The notes under the pieces: model-generated
What the model was told of the DNA's origin: nothing
The model's database searches: none
What the model saw: only the letters and a program-made list of their open reading frames with translations
Position numbers and translations under genes: made by a program
NCBI GenBank assembly: GCA_036003325.1
Contig: DASYSM010000025.1
Location: forward strand, 2,633 to 66,632
Source of the DNA: Candidatus Limnocylindrales bacterium
Lineage (GTDB): Bacteria > Chloroflexota > Limnocylindria > Limnocylindrales > CSP1-4
Direction: 5' to 3'
DNA: 64,000 bases
Shown: one piece after another, positions 26,127 through 35,380 of the stretch
Layout: each line of letters opens with the position of its first letter
Numbering within the stretch: the first letter of the stretch is position 1

Positions 26127-27395
26127 TCAGTCGAGATGCAGCGAGCGTGCCTCGGCCGTCAATGCGTCGCGGACGCTCGGGTGGGCGATCCGGATGAGCT
26201 CGGTGGCCCGCTCCCGGAGGCTGAGGCCGAACAGCTCGGCGACGCCCCACTCGGTGACGACGGTGCGAACGTGCGCGCGCGTCGTCACGACGCCGGCGCC
26301 CTCGCGCAGCGACGCCACGATCCGTGACGACCCGTCCCGCGCGGTCGAGGGCAGGGCGATGATGGCCCGTCCCTCCTCGGCAAGACCCGCTCCGCGGATG
26401 AAGTCCATCTGGCCGCCGACCCCGCTGTACAGGCGATGGCCGATCGAGTCGGCGACGACCTGGCCGGAGAGGTCGACCTCGATGGCCGAATTGATGGCGA
26501 CCATCCGGCTGAACGAGCGGATGACGTGCGTGTCGTTGGTGAAGTCGACCGGCCGCATCTCCACCATCGGGTTGTCATCGACGAAGTCGTACAGGCGCTT
26601 GGTGCCCATCAGGAAGGCCGTCACGAGCTTGCCCCGATTCCGCTCCTTGCGGGCGCCGGTGACGACGCCGGCCTCGACCAGGTCGACGATCGAGTCGGTG
26701 AACATCTCGGTGTGGACACCGAGGTCGCGCTTGTCGCGCAGGGCGAGCGCGGTCGCCGCGGGGATGGCCCCGATCCCGAGCTGGAGGGTCGCGCCATCGG
26801 GCACCAGCTCGGCGACATGCTCGCCGATCCGTCGCTCGACCTCGCCGAACGCACCGACCGGATGCTCGTATGGCGGGACGGAACATTCGACGGCGAGGTC
26901 GATCTGCGAGACGTGGATGAAGCTGTCGCCGAGCGTTCGGGGCATCGCCGCGTTGAACTGGACGATGACGGTCCGAGCGGCGCGGATCGCCGCGTGCATC
27001 GCCTCGACGGATGTCCCGAGCGAGCAGAACCCGTGCGCATCGGGCGGGGTCGCATTCACGAACACCGCGTCGAGTGGCAGCCGGCCGCTGTCGAACAGAC
27101 GCGGCACATCGGACAGGAAGGTCGGCACGTAGTCGGCCCGGCCGTCGGCGATGGCCTGGCGGGCATTGGGACCGATGAACAGCGCACGATGCCGGAAGTG
27201 CGGCGCCATCTCGGGCGCCAGGTGCGGGCCGGGTCCCTCGCAATGGAGGTGGACGACGCTGACGTCCGCGAGGTCGGCCGCCCGCGCCACCAGCGCGTCG
27301 AGCAGGACCGATGGCGTCGCAGCCGCGCACTGCAGGTAGAGTTGCTGGCCTGAGGCGATCCCGGCGACGGCCTCGGCGGCGGTGACGATGCGCAT
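26127..27395 (-). CDS. acetyl-CoA hydrolase/transferase family protein (4-hydroxybutyrate CoA-transferase-like)
   Basis: The 422-aa protein has an N-terminus typical of the family (AAEAVAGIASGQQLYLQ) and the C-terminal motifs SGVGGQMDFIRGA and TTRAHVRTVVTEWG. Confidence 0.85.
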   Translation of the reverse strand: MRIVTAAEAVAGIASGQQLYLQCAAATPSVLLDALVARAADLADVSVVHLHCEGPGPHLAPEMAPHFRHRALFIGPNARQAIADGRADYVPTFLSDVPRLFDSGRLPLDAVFVNATPPDAHGFCSLGTSVEAMHAAIRAARTVIVQFNAAMPRTLGDSFIHVSQIDLAVECSVPPYEHPVGAFGEVERRIGEHVAELVPDGATLQLGIGAIPAATALALRDKRDLGVHTEMFTDSIVDLVEAGVVTGARKERNRGKLVTAFLMGTKRLYDFVDDNPMVEMRPVDFTNDTHVIRSFSRMVAINSAIEVDLSGQVVADSIGHRLYSGVGGQMDFIRGAGLAEEGRAIIALPSTARDGSSRIVASLREGAGVVTTRAHVRTVVTEWGVAELFGLSLRERATELIRIAHPSVRDALTAEARSLHLD

Positions 27396-27542
27396 GGGCT
27401 GCGAGTCTACGCGGCCGCGCGGTCGGGCTGCCCGGTCCGGCTGCCCGGGGGGCAGTGCGATGGACCGCTTCTCATGCGTCTCTCATGGATGGTGGCGACG
27501 GTGGGCCGTGACGGGTCGACCGTCCAGCAACCGGAGCCAGCG

Positions 27543-28259
27543 ATGCCGAGATCCCGCGTCCTCATCATCCTTGTCGTGGTCGTCGTCGCGATCGGCGTCG
27601 GCGGCTTCCTGCTCTACGACCAGGTGTTGCGTGGCGACAGCGCGGCGGCCCTCGGCCTGCCGGCCGCGTCGAGCGACCCGGCCACCGGCGGGGCCGCCGC
27701 GAGCTTCGACGGGACCGTCGCCGGGACCTGGAACGTCGGCTCCGGCAGCGTCGCGGGCTACCGCGTCCGCGAACAGCTCGCCACGCTGTCGGCCGAAAGC
27801 GACGCGGTCGGCCGCACGGACGCCGTGACCGGGTCCATCGCCATCGAGACATCCGGCTCGACGAGCACGCTGATGTCGGGGTCGCTGACGGTGGACACCA
27901 CCTCCATCACCTCGGACAAGCCGCAACGCGACGACCGGCTCCGCCGTGAGGGCCTCCAGACCGACACCTATCCGACCGCCACGATCACCCTGACCAAGCC
28001 CGTCGAGATCCCGGCGGCCGCCCTGTCGGGGACGGCGTCCGACCTGACCCTGACCGGTGACCTGACGATCCATGGCGTGAAGAAGTCGGTCGACATCCCG
28101 GCCAAGGCCCAGCTCCTCGACGGGACGATCCAGGTCGCGGGCTCGCTGTCCTTCCCCTTGTCCGACTACGGGATGACCGCGCCAAACATCGGCGGGTTCA
28201 TCATCTCGATCGCGGACACCGGGACGCTCGAGTTCCTGGTCGACTTCACGAAGGCGTGA
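27543..28259 (+). CDS. YceI family protein with N-terminal membrane anchor
   Basis: ATG 27543 gives MPRSRVLIILVVVVVAIGVGGF. The YceI-like core includes GSVAGYRVREQL, DKPQRDDRLR and LTGDLTIHGVKKSV. Confidence 0.8.
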   Translation: MPRSRVLIILVVVVVAIGVGGFLLYDQVLRGDSAAALGLPAASSDPATGGAAASFDGTVAGTWNVGSGSVAGYRVREQLATLSAESDAVGRTDAVTGSIAIETSGSTSTLMSGSLTVDTTSITSDKPQRDDRLRREGLQTDTYPTATITLTKPVEIPAAALSGTASDLTLTGDLTIHGVKKSVDIPAKAQLLDGTIQVAGSLSFPLSDYGMTAPNIGGFIISIADTGTLEFLVDFTKA

Positions 28260-28272
28260 CCGCCCGGGCCCC

Positions 28273-29055
28273 TCACCGCGTGTAGGCGCCGTCCGGGTCG
28301 AGCTCCTCGCGGATGAGGCGCAGCTCGTCGTCGCTCGGCGGCGGGGTCGCCGCGAGTCCCGTCGAGATGGCGACGTCCCAGCCGACCGAGGCGCGGACCG
28401 CCTCGACCGTCGCGCCCGGATGGAGCGAATCGAGCCGCATCTCGCCCCGCTCATCGAAGTGGTAGATGCCGAGGTCGGTCACGACGAGGCTCGGACCTCG
28501 TCCGAGCCAGCCGCCTTCGCGACGGATGCGCTCGGCCTCCGCGGCCCCACCAAGATTGCCGGGGCTCGTCCGGAAGTCGATGGTCTCGACGAAGCTGCGC
28601 GGCGACTGGCGCATGATCACGAACACCTGCCGGGCGTTGATGGCGATCTCGCACGCGCCGCCGGACCCCGGGAGCCGGGTGGTGGGTCGGTCGTATGGCC
28701 CGATGACGGTCGTATTGATGTTGCCGAAGCGGTCGATCTGGGCCGCACCGAGGAAGCCGACGTCGACCAGGCCGCGCTGGAGGTAATAGCCGAACAGCTC
28801 GAGCATGCTGACGACCGCGGTCGAGCCGGTGACGATGGTCGGGTCGCCGATCGACAACGGGAGGCGCGCCGGCCGCGCCCCGAACACGCCGGCTTCGTAG
28901 ACGAGTTCCAGCTCGGGCGCGACGGTGCGCTGGGCGAGGTTGACCGCGATGTTCGGGAGACCGACGCCGACGAAGCAGACGCGCTGGCCGGCCAGCTCGC
29001 GCGCCGCCGCGACGATCATCATCTCGGACCGGCTGAAGCCGGCCGCGTCGGTCAC
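28273..29055 (-). CDS. CoA-transferase subunit B (glutaconate/3-oxoacid CoA-transferase family I)
   Basis: The motifs GVGLPNIAVNLA, AAQIDRFGNINTT and LPGSGGACEIA are present. GTG 29055 follows GGGGAG and lies 26 nt after the subunit A stop. I trimmed it from ORF 28273..29484. Confidence 0.8.
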   Translation of the reverse strand: MTDAAGFSRSEMMIVAAARELAGQRVCFVGVGLPNIAVNLAQRTVAPELELVYEAGVFGARPARLPLSIGDPTIVTGSTAVVSMLELFGYYLQRGLVDVGFLGAAQIDRFGNINTTVIGPYDRPTTRLPGSGGACEIAINARQVFVIMRQSPRSFVETIDFRTSPGNLGGAAEAERIRREGGWLGRGPSLVVTDLGIYHFDERGEMRLDSLHPGATVEAVRASVGWDVAISTGLAATPPPSDDELRLIREELDPDGAYTR

Positions 29056-29080
29056 GGGATCTCCCCGGTCTGCGGTCCCA

Positions 29081-30004
29081 TCAGCGATAGGCCCCGTAGT
29101 CGACGCTCCCCGACGGCGCCGCGCCGGGCTCGAGCTCCGCCAGCCGCTCGGGGCCGAGCTTCTCGACGTACGCCGCTCGGCCGTCGAGCTCATAGACCCA
29201 CTCGCGCAGCCACGCCTGTGTCGTGGCCTCGTCCCGGGTGATCGCATCCCAGTCGCGATAGAACCGGTTGTCCCGGTCGTAGGCGCCCTGCACGTAGGAC
29301 GGATGCGCGCCCCACGGCTCGACGACGACCGCGTCGACGATGAGGCCAGGGATGATGGTGCGGTTCGGGTCGGCCCGGATGACTTCCTCGTCGACCAGCT
29401 GCTCGACCACGACGATGACCCGCTCGGCCGCGAAGGCGGCCTCCTTCTGGCAGCCGAGCAGGCCCCAGACCTGCGTGTCGCCACCGGCCGACGCTCGCTG
29501 AGCGTGGACGATGCTGATATCCGGTCGGAGCGGCGGGACGGCGTAGACGGTCTCCTCGCCGTATGGCGACGCGATCGGCCGGATGAGCGGGTTGGCCGCC
29601 GGCAGGTCCGTCTCGAAGTAGCTCCGCAGCGGGAAGAACGGCAGGTTCATGGCACCCGCGGTGTACCGTCCGACCATCCCGAAATGACTGTATTCCTCGA
29701 TCGCGAGCGGCTCATCGGGGATGGCGCCCTCGATCCGACGGCGGATCGCCCCGAGACCGCCGACACCGGGGTTCCCGAGCCACGAGAAGACGAGCTTCGA
29801 GGCGACACCCGCGGCGATCATCTGGTCGTAGACGAGGTCCGGCGTCATGCGCGCGAGCGTCAGGTCGCGTCGCCGCTGGCGGATGATCTCGTGCCCGGCC
29901 GCGAACGAGATCAGGTGGGTGAAGCCCTCGATCGCCACGCAGTCGCCATCACGGACGAGGTCGGCGATGGCGTCGCGCATCGTGGTGACCTTGGAGCTGC
30001 CCAC
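29081..30004 (-). CDS. CoA-transferase subunit A (family I)
   Basis: The N-terminus MRDAIADLVRDGDCVAIEGF and the motif SWLGNPGVGGLG are typical of A subunits. Confidence 0.85.
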   Translation of the reverse strand: MGSSKVTTMRDAIADLVRDGDCVAIEGFTHLISFAAGHEIIRQRRRDLTLARMTPDLVYDQMIAAGVASKLVFSWLGNPGVGGLGAIRRRIEGAIPDEPLAIEEYSHFGMVGRYTAGAMNLPFFPLRSYFETDLPAANPLIRPIASPYGEETVYAVPPLRPDISIVHAQRASAGGDTQVWGLLGCQKEAAFAAERVIVVVEQLVDEEVIRADPNRTIIPGLIVDAVVVEPWGAHPSYVQGAYDRDNRFYRDWDAITRDEATTQAWLREWVYELDGRAAYVEKLGPERLAELEPGAAPSGSVDYGAYR

Positions 30005-30037
30005 CGCGGGATCATCCCTCCCCTGCCTGGCGGAACG

Positions 30038-31426
30038 TCAGCCGGCCGCCTCGACACCGTGCAGCGCGCCGGCCTGGGTGACCTCGCCGAGGACCTCGGA
30101 CCCATGTCCGGCCACCGCCGCGACGGCTTCGTCGAAGATGCGCAGCGCGGTCGCCATCTCCGCCTCGTTGACGGTCAGGGCGGGCGACATCCGGACCGAT
30201 GTCTTGCCACACTCGAGGACGAGCAGGCCGCGTTCGAAGGAGGCCCACTGGACCTCCTCCGCGTGCTCGGCGGTGTCGAATTCGATGCCGAGCATGAGGC
30301 CCTTGCCGCGGACGTCGCGGACGAGACCGTCATACCGATCGAGGAGCGGACGGAGGCCGGCCAGCGCCTGCTCACCGCGGACCGCCGCGTTGTCGACGAG
30401 ACCCCCTTCGAGCAGCTCGATCGTGGCCAGGGCTGCAGCGCAGGCGACGGGGTTGCCGCCGTAGGTCGACCCGTGGGCGCCGGGTCCCCATGTCTCGAGC
30501 AGGTCCGCGCGAGCGACCATCGCACCGAGCGTCATCCCCGAGGCGATGCCCTTGGCGGTCAGCAGGATGTCCGGCTGGACGCCCCAATGGTCGATCGCCC
30601 ACATCTTCCCGGTCCGCCCGGCGCCCGACTGGATCTCGTCGGCGATGAGCAGGATGCCGTGCTCGTCGCAGATCGCGCGGAGGCCCTCCAGGAAGCCATC
30701 CTCGGGGACGATGTAGCCGCCCTCGCCCTGGATCGGCTCGACGATGATCGCCGCGACCTCGTTGGCCGGCGCGAGTTTGTCGAAGAGGACCTCGTCGAAC
30801 CAGCGCAGGTCCTCGACCCGGCCGTACGGCGCGTGGAAGATGCCCGGCAGCAACGGTCCGAACCCGGCGTGGTACTTCGCCTTCGACGCGGTGAGGGACA
30901 CCGAGCCATAGGTCCGTCCGTGGAATGCGCCCAGGAAGGCGACGATGTAGGGCCGCTTCGTCGCGAAGCGGGCCAGCTTGATCGACGCCTCGACGACCTC
31001 GGTGCCGGAGTTGCCCAGGTAGGCCCGGACCCGGCCGTCGATCGGGGCGATGCGCGCGAGCTCGCGACAGACCTGCGGATAGATCGGCAGGTAGAAGTCC
31101 GAGGCCGAGAAGTGGATCAGCTCGGCCGCCTGCTCCTTGATCGCCGCGACGACCTGCGGATGGGAGTGGCCGGTCGAGTTGACCGCGATCCCGGCGGCGA
31201 AGTCCAGGAACAGGTTGCCGTCGATGTCCTCGACGGTCAGGCCCTCGCCACGGATCGGCACGATCGGATACGCCCGCGGCAGGCTGGGCGACGTCCAGGT
31301 CTCGTCGAACGCGACGTGCGCCCGCGCCCTGGGGCCGGGGAGCTCGGTGACGATGTCCGGGACGGGCCGGTCCCCGGCGATCCGCGACGTACCCGACGAC
31401 AAGGCGCACCTCTGGCGTGAGTGCAT
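30038..31426 (-). CDS. gabT: 4-aminobutyrate (omega-amino acid) aminotransferase, class III
   Basis: GabT-like motifs are present: ELPGPRA, FAAGIAVNSTGHSHP, LLIADEIQSGAGRTG and AKGIASGM. The start is uncertain: ATG 31426 has no Shine-Dalgarno sequence, and TTG 31402 follows GAGGTG. Confidence 0.8.
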   Translation of the reverse strand: MHSRQRCALSSGTSRIAGDRPVPDIVTELPGPRARAHVAFDETWTSPSLPRAYPIVPIRGEGLTVEDIDGNLFLDFAAGIAVNSTGHSHPQVVAAIKEQAAELIHFSASDFYLPIYPQVCRELARIAPIDGRVRAYLGNSGTEVVEASIKLARFATKRPYIVAFLGAFHGRTYGSVSLTASKAKYHAGFGPLLPGIFHAPYGRVEDLRWFDEVLFDKLAPANEVAAIIVEPIQGEGGYIVPEDGFLEGLRAICDEHGILLIADEIQSGAGRTGKMWAIDHWGVQPDILLTAKGIASGMTLGAMVARADLLETWGPGAHGSTYGGNPVACAAALATIELLEGGLVDNAAVRGEQALAGLRPLLDRYDGLVRDVRGKGLMLGIEFDTAEHAEEVQWASFERGLLVLECGKTSVRMSPALTVNEAEMATALRIFDEAVAAVAGHGSEVLGEVTQAGALHGVEAAG

Positions 31427-31463
31427 AACGAGTATGCAGGTTGGATAATCGTTCCGAGTATAG

Positions 31464-31506
31464 CCGAGCGGGTCAGCCGAATGGCGGCGTCCCATAGCCC
31501 GCTCGG
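31464..31506. promoter_or_regulatory. inverted repeat CCGAGCGGG-N25-CCCGCTCGG in a divergent spacer
   Basis: 9-bp perfect arms lie between the aminotransferase and the GGDEF gene. The adjacent AT-enriched stretch carries two CGAGTAT words. Confidence 0.25.
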
Positions 31507-31547
31507 GTGGCTGTCAGTCGGCGGCGACCGACCCACGATGTGTCGCG

Positions 31548-33695
31548 ATGGCCATGCCGCTCCCGAATGGCGTCGCGACCCAGCTCGCCGGCCAACCCGG
31601 TCGGGAGCGCTCGCGCGGTCACGCCCGGGTCGCCGCGGTCCGCATCATCCGCACCTTCTGGCCACGGGATCGTGGTGTCGCGGAGCTCCGCTGGGCGGCC
31701 CTGACCCTGGCCATCATGGCTCTCCTCGGCACGGGCTCGATGTGGCTGGACCCGGCGACCGGGGACTTCGACCGGATCGTCGCGTTGGCCATCCCGGCCG
31801 CCATCGTGTTCGGCATCGTCGCCTGGTCCGGGCGAGCGGCCGACCTCGGCCGGTCGCGGATGGTCCGACTTTTGATCGGTCCGACCGTCCTCGGGATCGC
31901 CATCCTCGGTGGCGGGGGTGCCGACATCTCGACCCTGCAGCTGCCGCCGACGGCCCCGCTCGTCCTGCTGGCGATGGCCTACGCGGCGATGACCCCGGGC
32001 TACCCGATCGCCGCGGCCATCGTCGTGGGCGCGTCGGTCGGCGTCCTCGTCTCGCACGCCCAGGTTGTCGCGGTCACCGGCCAGGCGAGCATCCAGACCG
32101 ATGAGTTCACCGTCGGCTGCATCGTCATCATCCTCGCCTCGGCCGGCATGGCCGTCATCGTCCGGGTCGCCGCCGATGCCGAGGCGCGCGCGACGCGACT
32201 CGCGATCCGGAGCGGCGAACGTGCCGACATCCTCGAGCGCGTGAGCGCCATCGTCGCGCGGTTCGACGGCTCGCAGCCGATCCGGGCCGTCATCCAGGCT
32301 GTCGTCGACGACATCGCGCGCGAGTTCGAGATCACCCTCGTGTCGATGTACCTGCCGTTCGGATCGGACCAGCTGACGATGGTCGGCGTCGCGGGCTATC
32401 CGGCACCGTTCCACGAGATCGAGATCGGCGTGGGGATCATCGGCCGGGCCGCGGCGACCCAGCAGACACAGTTCGTCCCGGACGTGTCCCTCGATCCCGA
32501 CTACCGCGCCGCCCGCGACGACGTGCGGAGCGAGGTCGCGGTGCCGGTCGTCCACAGCGGCGAGCTGCTCGGCGTGGTCAACCTCGAGGGCACGCTCGCG
32601 CGACCGATCGGGCCGACCCAGGTCGCCCTCGCCGAGATGGTCGTCCAGCAGGTCTCGGCCGCCCTGCGCTCGGCGCGCCTCGACGATGAGCGGCGCGACC
32701 GGCTGCACGCGATCGAGCGGGTTCTGGCAGTCAGCCGCGCGCTGGTCGCCGACCTGGACCGGCCACGGATCGTCGCGTCGATCGTCGATGCGGTCGCCGA
32801 GCTGCTGGCCGCCGACCTCGTGGCGCTGTTCTCGCGCAACGAGGACGGGGTCTTCCGGCTCGAGGCCGGCGTCGGCTTCCCGCCGCGCGCGATGGGCCTC
32901 GAGGTCCACGGCTCGCGCGGCATGGTCGGTCGGGCGATCGTCGAGCGGACCAGGATCGACGGGCTCCAGGAGGTGGCGGCCTGGCCGGTCGAGTTCCTCG
33001 ACGATCGGGCGGGTGGAACGACCGCGCATGCGGCGATGGCGCTGCCGATCGTGGTCAGCGACGAGGTCGTCGCCGTCCTGTTCGTGACCCGCGTCGGCCC
33101 GGAGCGTGCCTACTCCGAGCTCGAGCGCGGGATCGCCGATCTGCTGACCGCCCAGGTCGCGATCGCGCTACAGAACGCCGACCTGCACGCGCGCGTGGCC
33201 GAATCGGCTCTGCGCGACCCGCTGACCGGGCTTCTCAACCGGCGTTTCTTCGACGAGGCGGTCGAGACCGCGATGGCCAACGCGAGGCGGGCGGTCACGC
33301 CGCTGAGCCTGATCGTCCTGGACCTCGACCGGTTCTCGGCGGTCAACAACGAGTACGGCCACACGGTCGGCGATGCCGTCCTGCACCGCGTCGGGCGGGC
33401 GATCAAGAGCTCGGTCCGTGACGGCGATGTGGTCGTCCGGTACGGCGGCGAGGAGTTCGTGGTCATCGCGCCGGGAACCGACGGGGACGGGGCCGTCGTG
33501 GCCGCCGAACGGATCCGCGAGGCGGTGGCGGCCTCGAGCCTGGATCCCGTCGACGGCCGGCTCGTGCCGCTGACGATCTCGGCCGGTGTGGCGTGCCTGG
33601 TGGACGAGACCGATGGTCGCGGCCTCTTCCGGGCGGCCGATTCGGCACTGCTCGCCGCCAAGCGGGCCGGCCGCGACCGGGTGACGCGGATCTAA
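31548..33695 (+). CDS. membrane-anchored GAF-GAF-GGDEF diguanylate cyclase
   Basis: The N-terminal third is polytopic. Two GAF-like modules follow (IIGRAAATQQTQFVPD and MVGRAIVERTRIDG). The C-terminal GGDEF domain has DPLTGLLNRRFF and an active-site GGEEF (VVRYGGEEFVVI). Confidence 0.85.
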   Translation: MAMPLPNGVATQLAGQPGRERSRGHARVAAVRIIRTFWPRDRGVAELRWAALTLAIMALLGTGSMWLDPATGDFDRIVALAIPAAIVFGIVAWSGRAADLGRSRMVRLLIGPTVLGIAILGGGGADISTLQLPPTAPLVLLAMAYAAMTPGYPIAAAIVVGASVGVLVSHAQVVAVTGQASIQTDEFTVGCIVIILASAGMAVIVRVAADAEARATRLAIRSGERADILERVSAIVARFDGSQPIRAVIQAVVDDIAREFEITLVSMYLPFGSDQLTMVGVAGYPAPFHEIEIGVGIIGRAAATQQTQFVPDVSLDPDYRAARDDVRSEVAVPVVHSGELLGVVNLEGTLARPIGPTQVALAEMVVQQVSAALRSARLDDERRDRLHAIERVLAVSRALVADLDRPRIVASIVDAVAELLAADLVALFSRNEDGVFRLEAGVGFPPRAMGLEVHGSRGMVGRAIVERTRIDGLQEVAAWPVEFLDDRAGGTTAHAAMALPIVVSDEVVAVLFVTRVGPERAYSELERGIADLLTAQVAIALQNADLHARVAESALRDPLTGLLNRRFFDEAVETAMANARRAVTPLSLIVLDLDRFSAVNNEYGHTVGDAVLHRVGRAIKSSVRDGDVVVRYGGEEFVVIAPGTDGDGAVVAAERIREAVAASSLDPVDGRLVPLTISAGVACLVDETDGRGLFRAADSALLAAKRAGRDRVTRI

Positions 33696-33726
33696 GAGCC
33701 CGGCGGAGCGGGGCGCGGCGGAGCGG

Positions 33727-33755
33727 GGCGCGCCCGCGGCCGCCCGCGGCGCGCC
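33727..33755. terminator. GC-rich hairpin between convergent genes (GGCGCGCC arms at 33727-33734 and 33748-33755)
   Basis: The hairpin lies in the 60-bp convergent spacer between the GGDEF gene and the aldehyde dehydrogenase. The spacer also contains the direct repeats GGCGGAGCGGGGCGCG x2 and CGCCCGCGGC x2. Confidence 0.4.
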
Positions 33756-35336
33756 CTAGTCGACGATGGTCCGGGACTGCTCGCGCATGAACTGCGCGAC
33801 GTAGTACATCGACAGCCCTGCCTTGCCCGTCGAGCCGCTCCCCTTCCAGCCGCCGAAAGCCTGGATGCCCGGCCAGGCACCCGTCGTCGCGCCCGCCCGC
33901 CGGTTCACGTACAGGACACCCGTCTGGATCGTGTCGAGGAACTGCTGGACCTCGGCCGGGTCCTCGCTGTAGACACCCGCGGTCAGGCCGAGCACGTTGT
34001 CGTTGGCCAGCCCGATCGCCTCGTCGAGCGAGTCGACTGGCGCGACCGCCGTGAACGGCGCGAACAGCTCGTCGCGGAACAGACGGTGCGAGGTCGGCAG
34101 CCCGCCCACGACGGTCGGCTCGACGTAGTAGCCGCGCGCCAGGTCGCCGTCGGTCAGATGCTCGCCGCCGGTGAAGACCGTTCCGTCATGACGCGCCTCG
34201 GCGACCGCGGCCTGGTGCCGGTCGACGGCACGCTGGTCGATGATCGGGCCGAGCCAGTTCGAGCGGACGAGCGGGTCGCCGAGCTGGATCTTCTCGGTCT
34301 TCTCGACCAGCAACCGGACGAGCTCGTCGTGGACCGGACGCTCGACATAGACGCGCGAGTTGGCCGAGCACTTCTGGCCACCGAAGCCGAAGGCGCTGCG
34401 CATGATGCCCTCGGCCGCCTCGTCGAGGTCGGCGTTGCGGGTCACGATCGCCGGGTTCTTGCCGCCCATCTCCACGATGGTCGGCCGCGGCCACGCCTTC
34501 GAGAACGAGTGGTACAGCCGCATCCCGACCTCGTACGAGCCGGTGAACACGATGCCATCGATCCCCGGGTGGTCCTGCAGCGCCTGGCCGACCGTGTCGC
34601 CGGGGCCCATGACCATGTTGACCACGCCCTTGGGGATGCCGGCCTCGATGTAGGCCATCATCAGGTTGACCGACGACAGGGGCGACGCGCTCGACGGCTT
34701 GAGCACGACCGTGTTGCCTGCGATGAGCGCGGCGCCGGTCGGACCCGTCGCGAGGGCCATCGGGAAGTTGAACGGGCTGATGACGGCGAAGACACCGTGC
34801 GGGCGGAGCACCGACCGGGTGTGGACGGTCGAGTCGCCGAGGTTGCCCATCGGGTGGTCGTAGCCGTCGTTGTCCTCCATCGTCTGCGAGTAGTAGCGCA
34901 GCAGGTCGGCCGATTCCTCGACCTCGCCCAGGGCTTCGATCCGGTTCTTGCCGACCTCGATGGCCATATCGGCGGCGTACGGCATCAGATGGTCGCTGAT
35001 GTACTCGGCCGCCCTCCGGACGATGGCCAGGCGCTCGCGCCACGGCGTGGCTGCCCAGGCCGGCTGGGCGGTGCGCGCCGCCGCGACCGCGGCATCGACG
35101 TCTGCGACGGTCCCGGTCGCGAACGTCCCGACCAGCAGGTCGCGATCGATCGGCGAGCGCGCCTCGAAGCTGTCGGCACCGTCGCGCCACTCGCCATCGA
35201 TGTAGTTCTTGTAGTGCCAGCCGAGCTTGGTCTTGGCGTCTGCGACGGCCGCTTCGAACCCGCTGTGAAGGTCCTCGTTGTCGGCGCTCAGGGTCGCGTA
35301 CGTGATCTTGAGACGCGGCTTCGATTCGGTGGTCAT
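33756..35336 (-). CDS. pruA: aldehyde dehydrogenase family protein, likely L-glutamate gamma-semialdehyde (P5C) dehydrogenase
   Basis: The 526-aa protein has the catalytic motifs VEMGGKNP and FGFGGQKCSANSR. N-terminal length and style match Gram-positive P5C dehydrogenases. The substrate call is an inference. Confidence 0.7.
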   Translation of the reverse strand: MTTESKPRLKITYATLSADNEDLHSGFEAAVADAKTKLGWHYKNYIDGEWRDGADSFEARSPIDRDLLVGTFATGTVADVDAAVAAARTAQPAWAATPWRERLAIVRRAAEYISDHLMPYAADMAIEVGKNRIEALGEVEESADLLRYYSQTMEDNDGYDHPMGNLGDSTVHTRSVLRPHGVFAVISPFNFPMALATGPTGAALIAGNTVVLKPSSASPLSSVNLMMAYIEAGIPKGVVNMVMGPGDTVGQALQDHPGIDGIVFTGSYEVGMRLYHSFSKAWPRPTIVEMGGKNPAIVTRNADLDEAAEGIMRSAFGFGGQKCSANSRVYVERPVHDELVRLLVEKTEKIQLGDPLVRSNWLGPIIDQRAVDRHQAAVAEARHDGTVFTGGEHLTDGDLARGYYVEPTVVGGLPTSHRLFRDELFAPFTAVAPVDSLDEAIGLANDNVLGLTAGVYSEDPAEVQQFLDTIQTGVLYVNRRAGATTGAWPGIQAFGGWKGSGSTGKAGLSMYYVAQFMREQSRTIVD

Positions 35337-35380
35337 GGTCGAGGGCCCTCGTGTCAGGTCGGGTTGCGGAAAGGGTCCGG

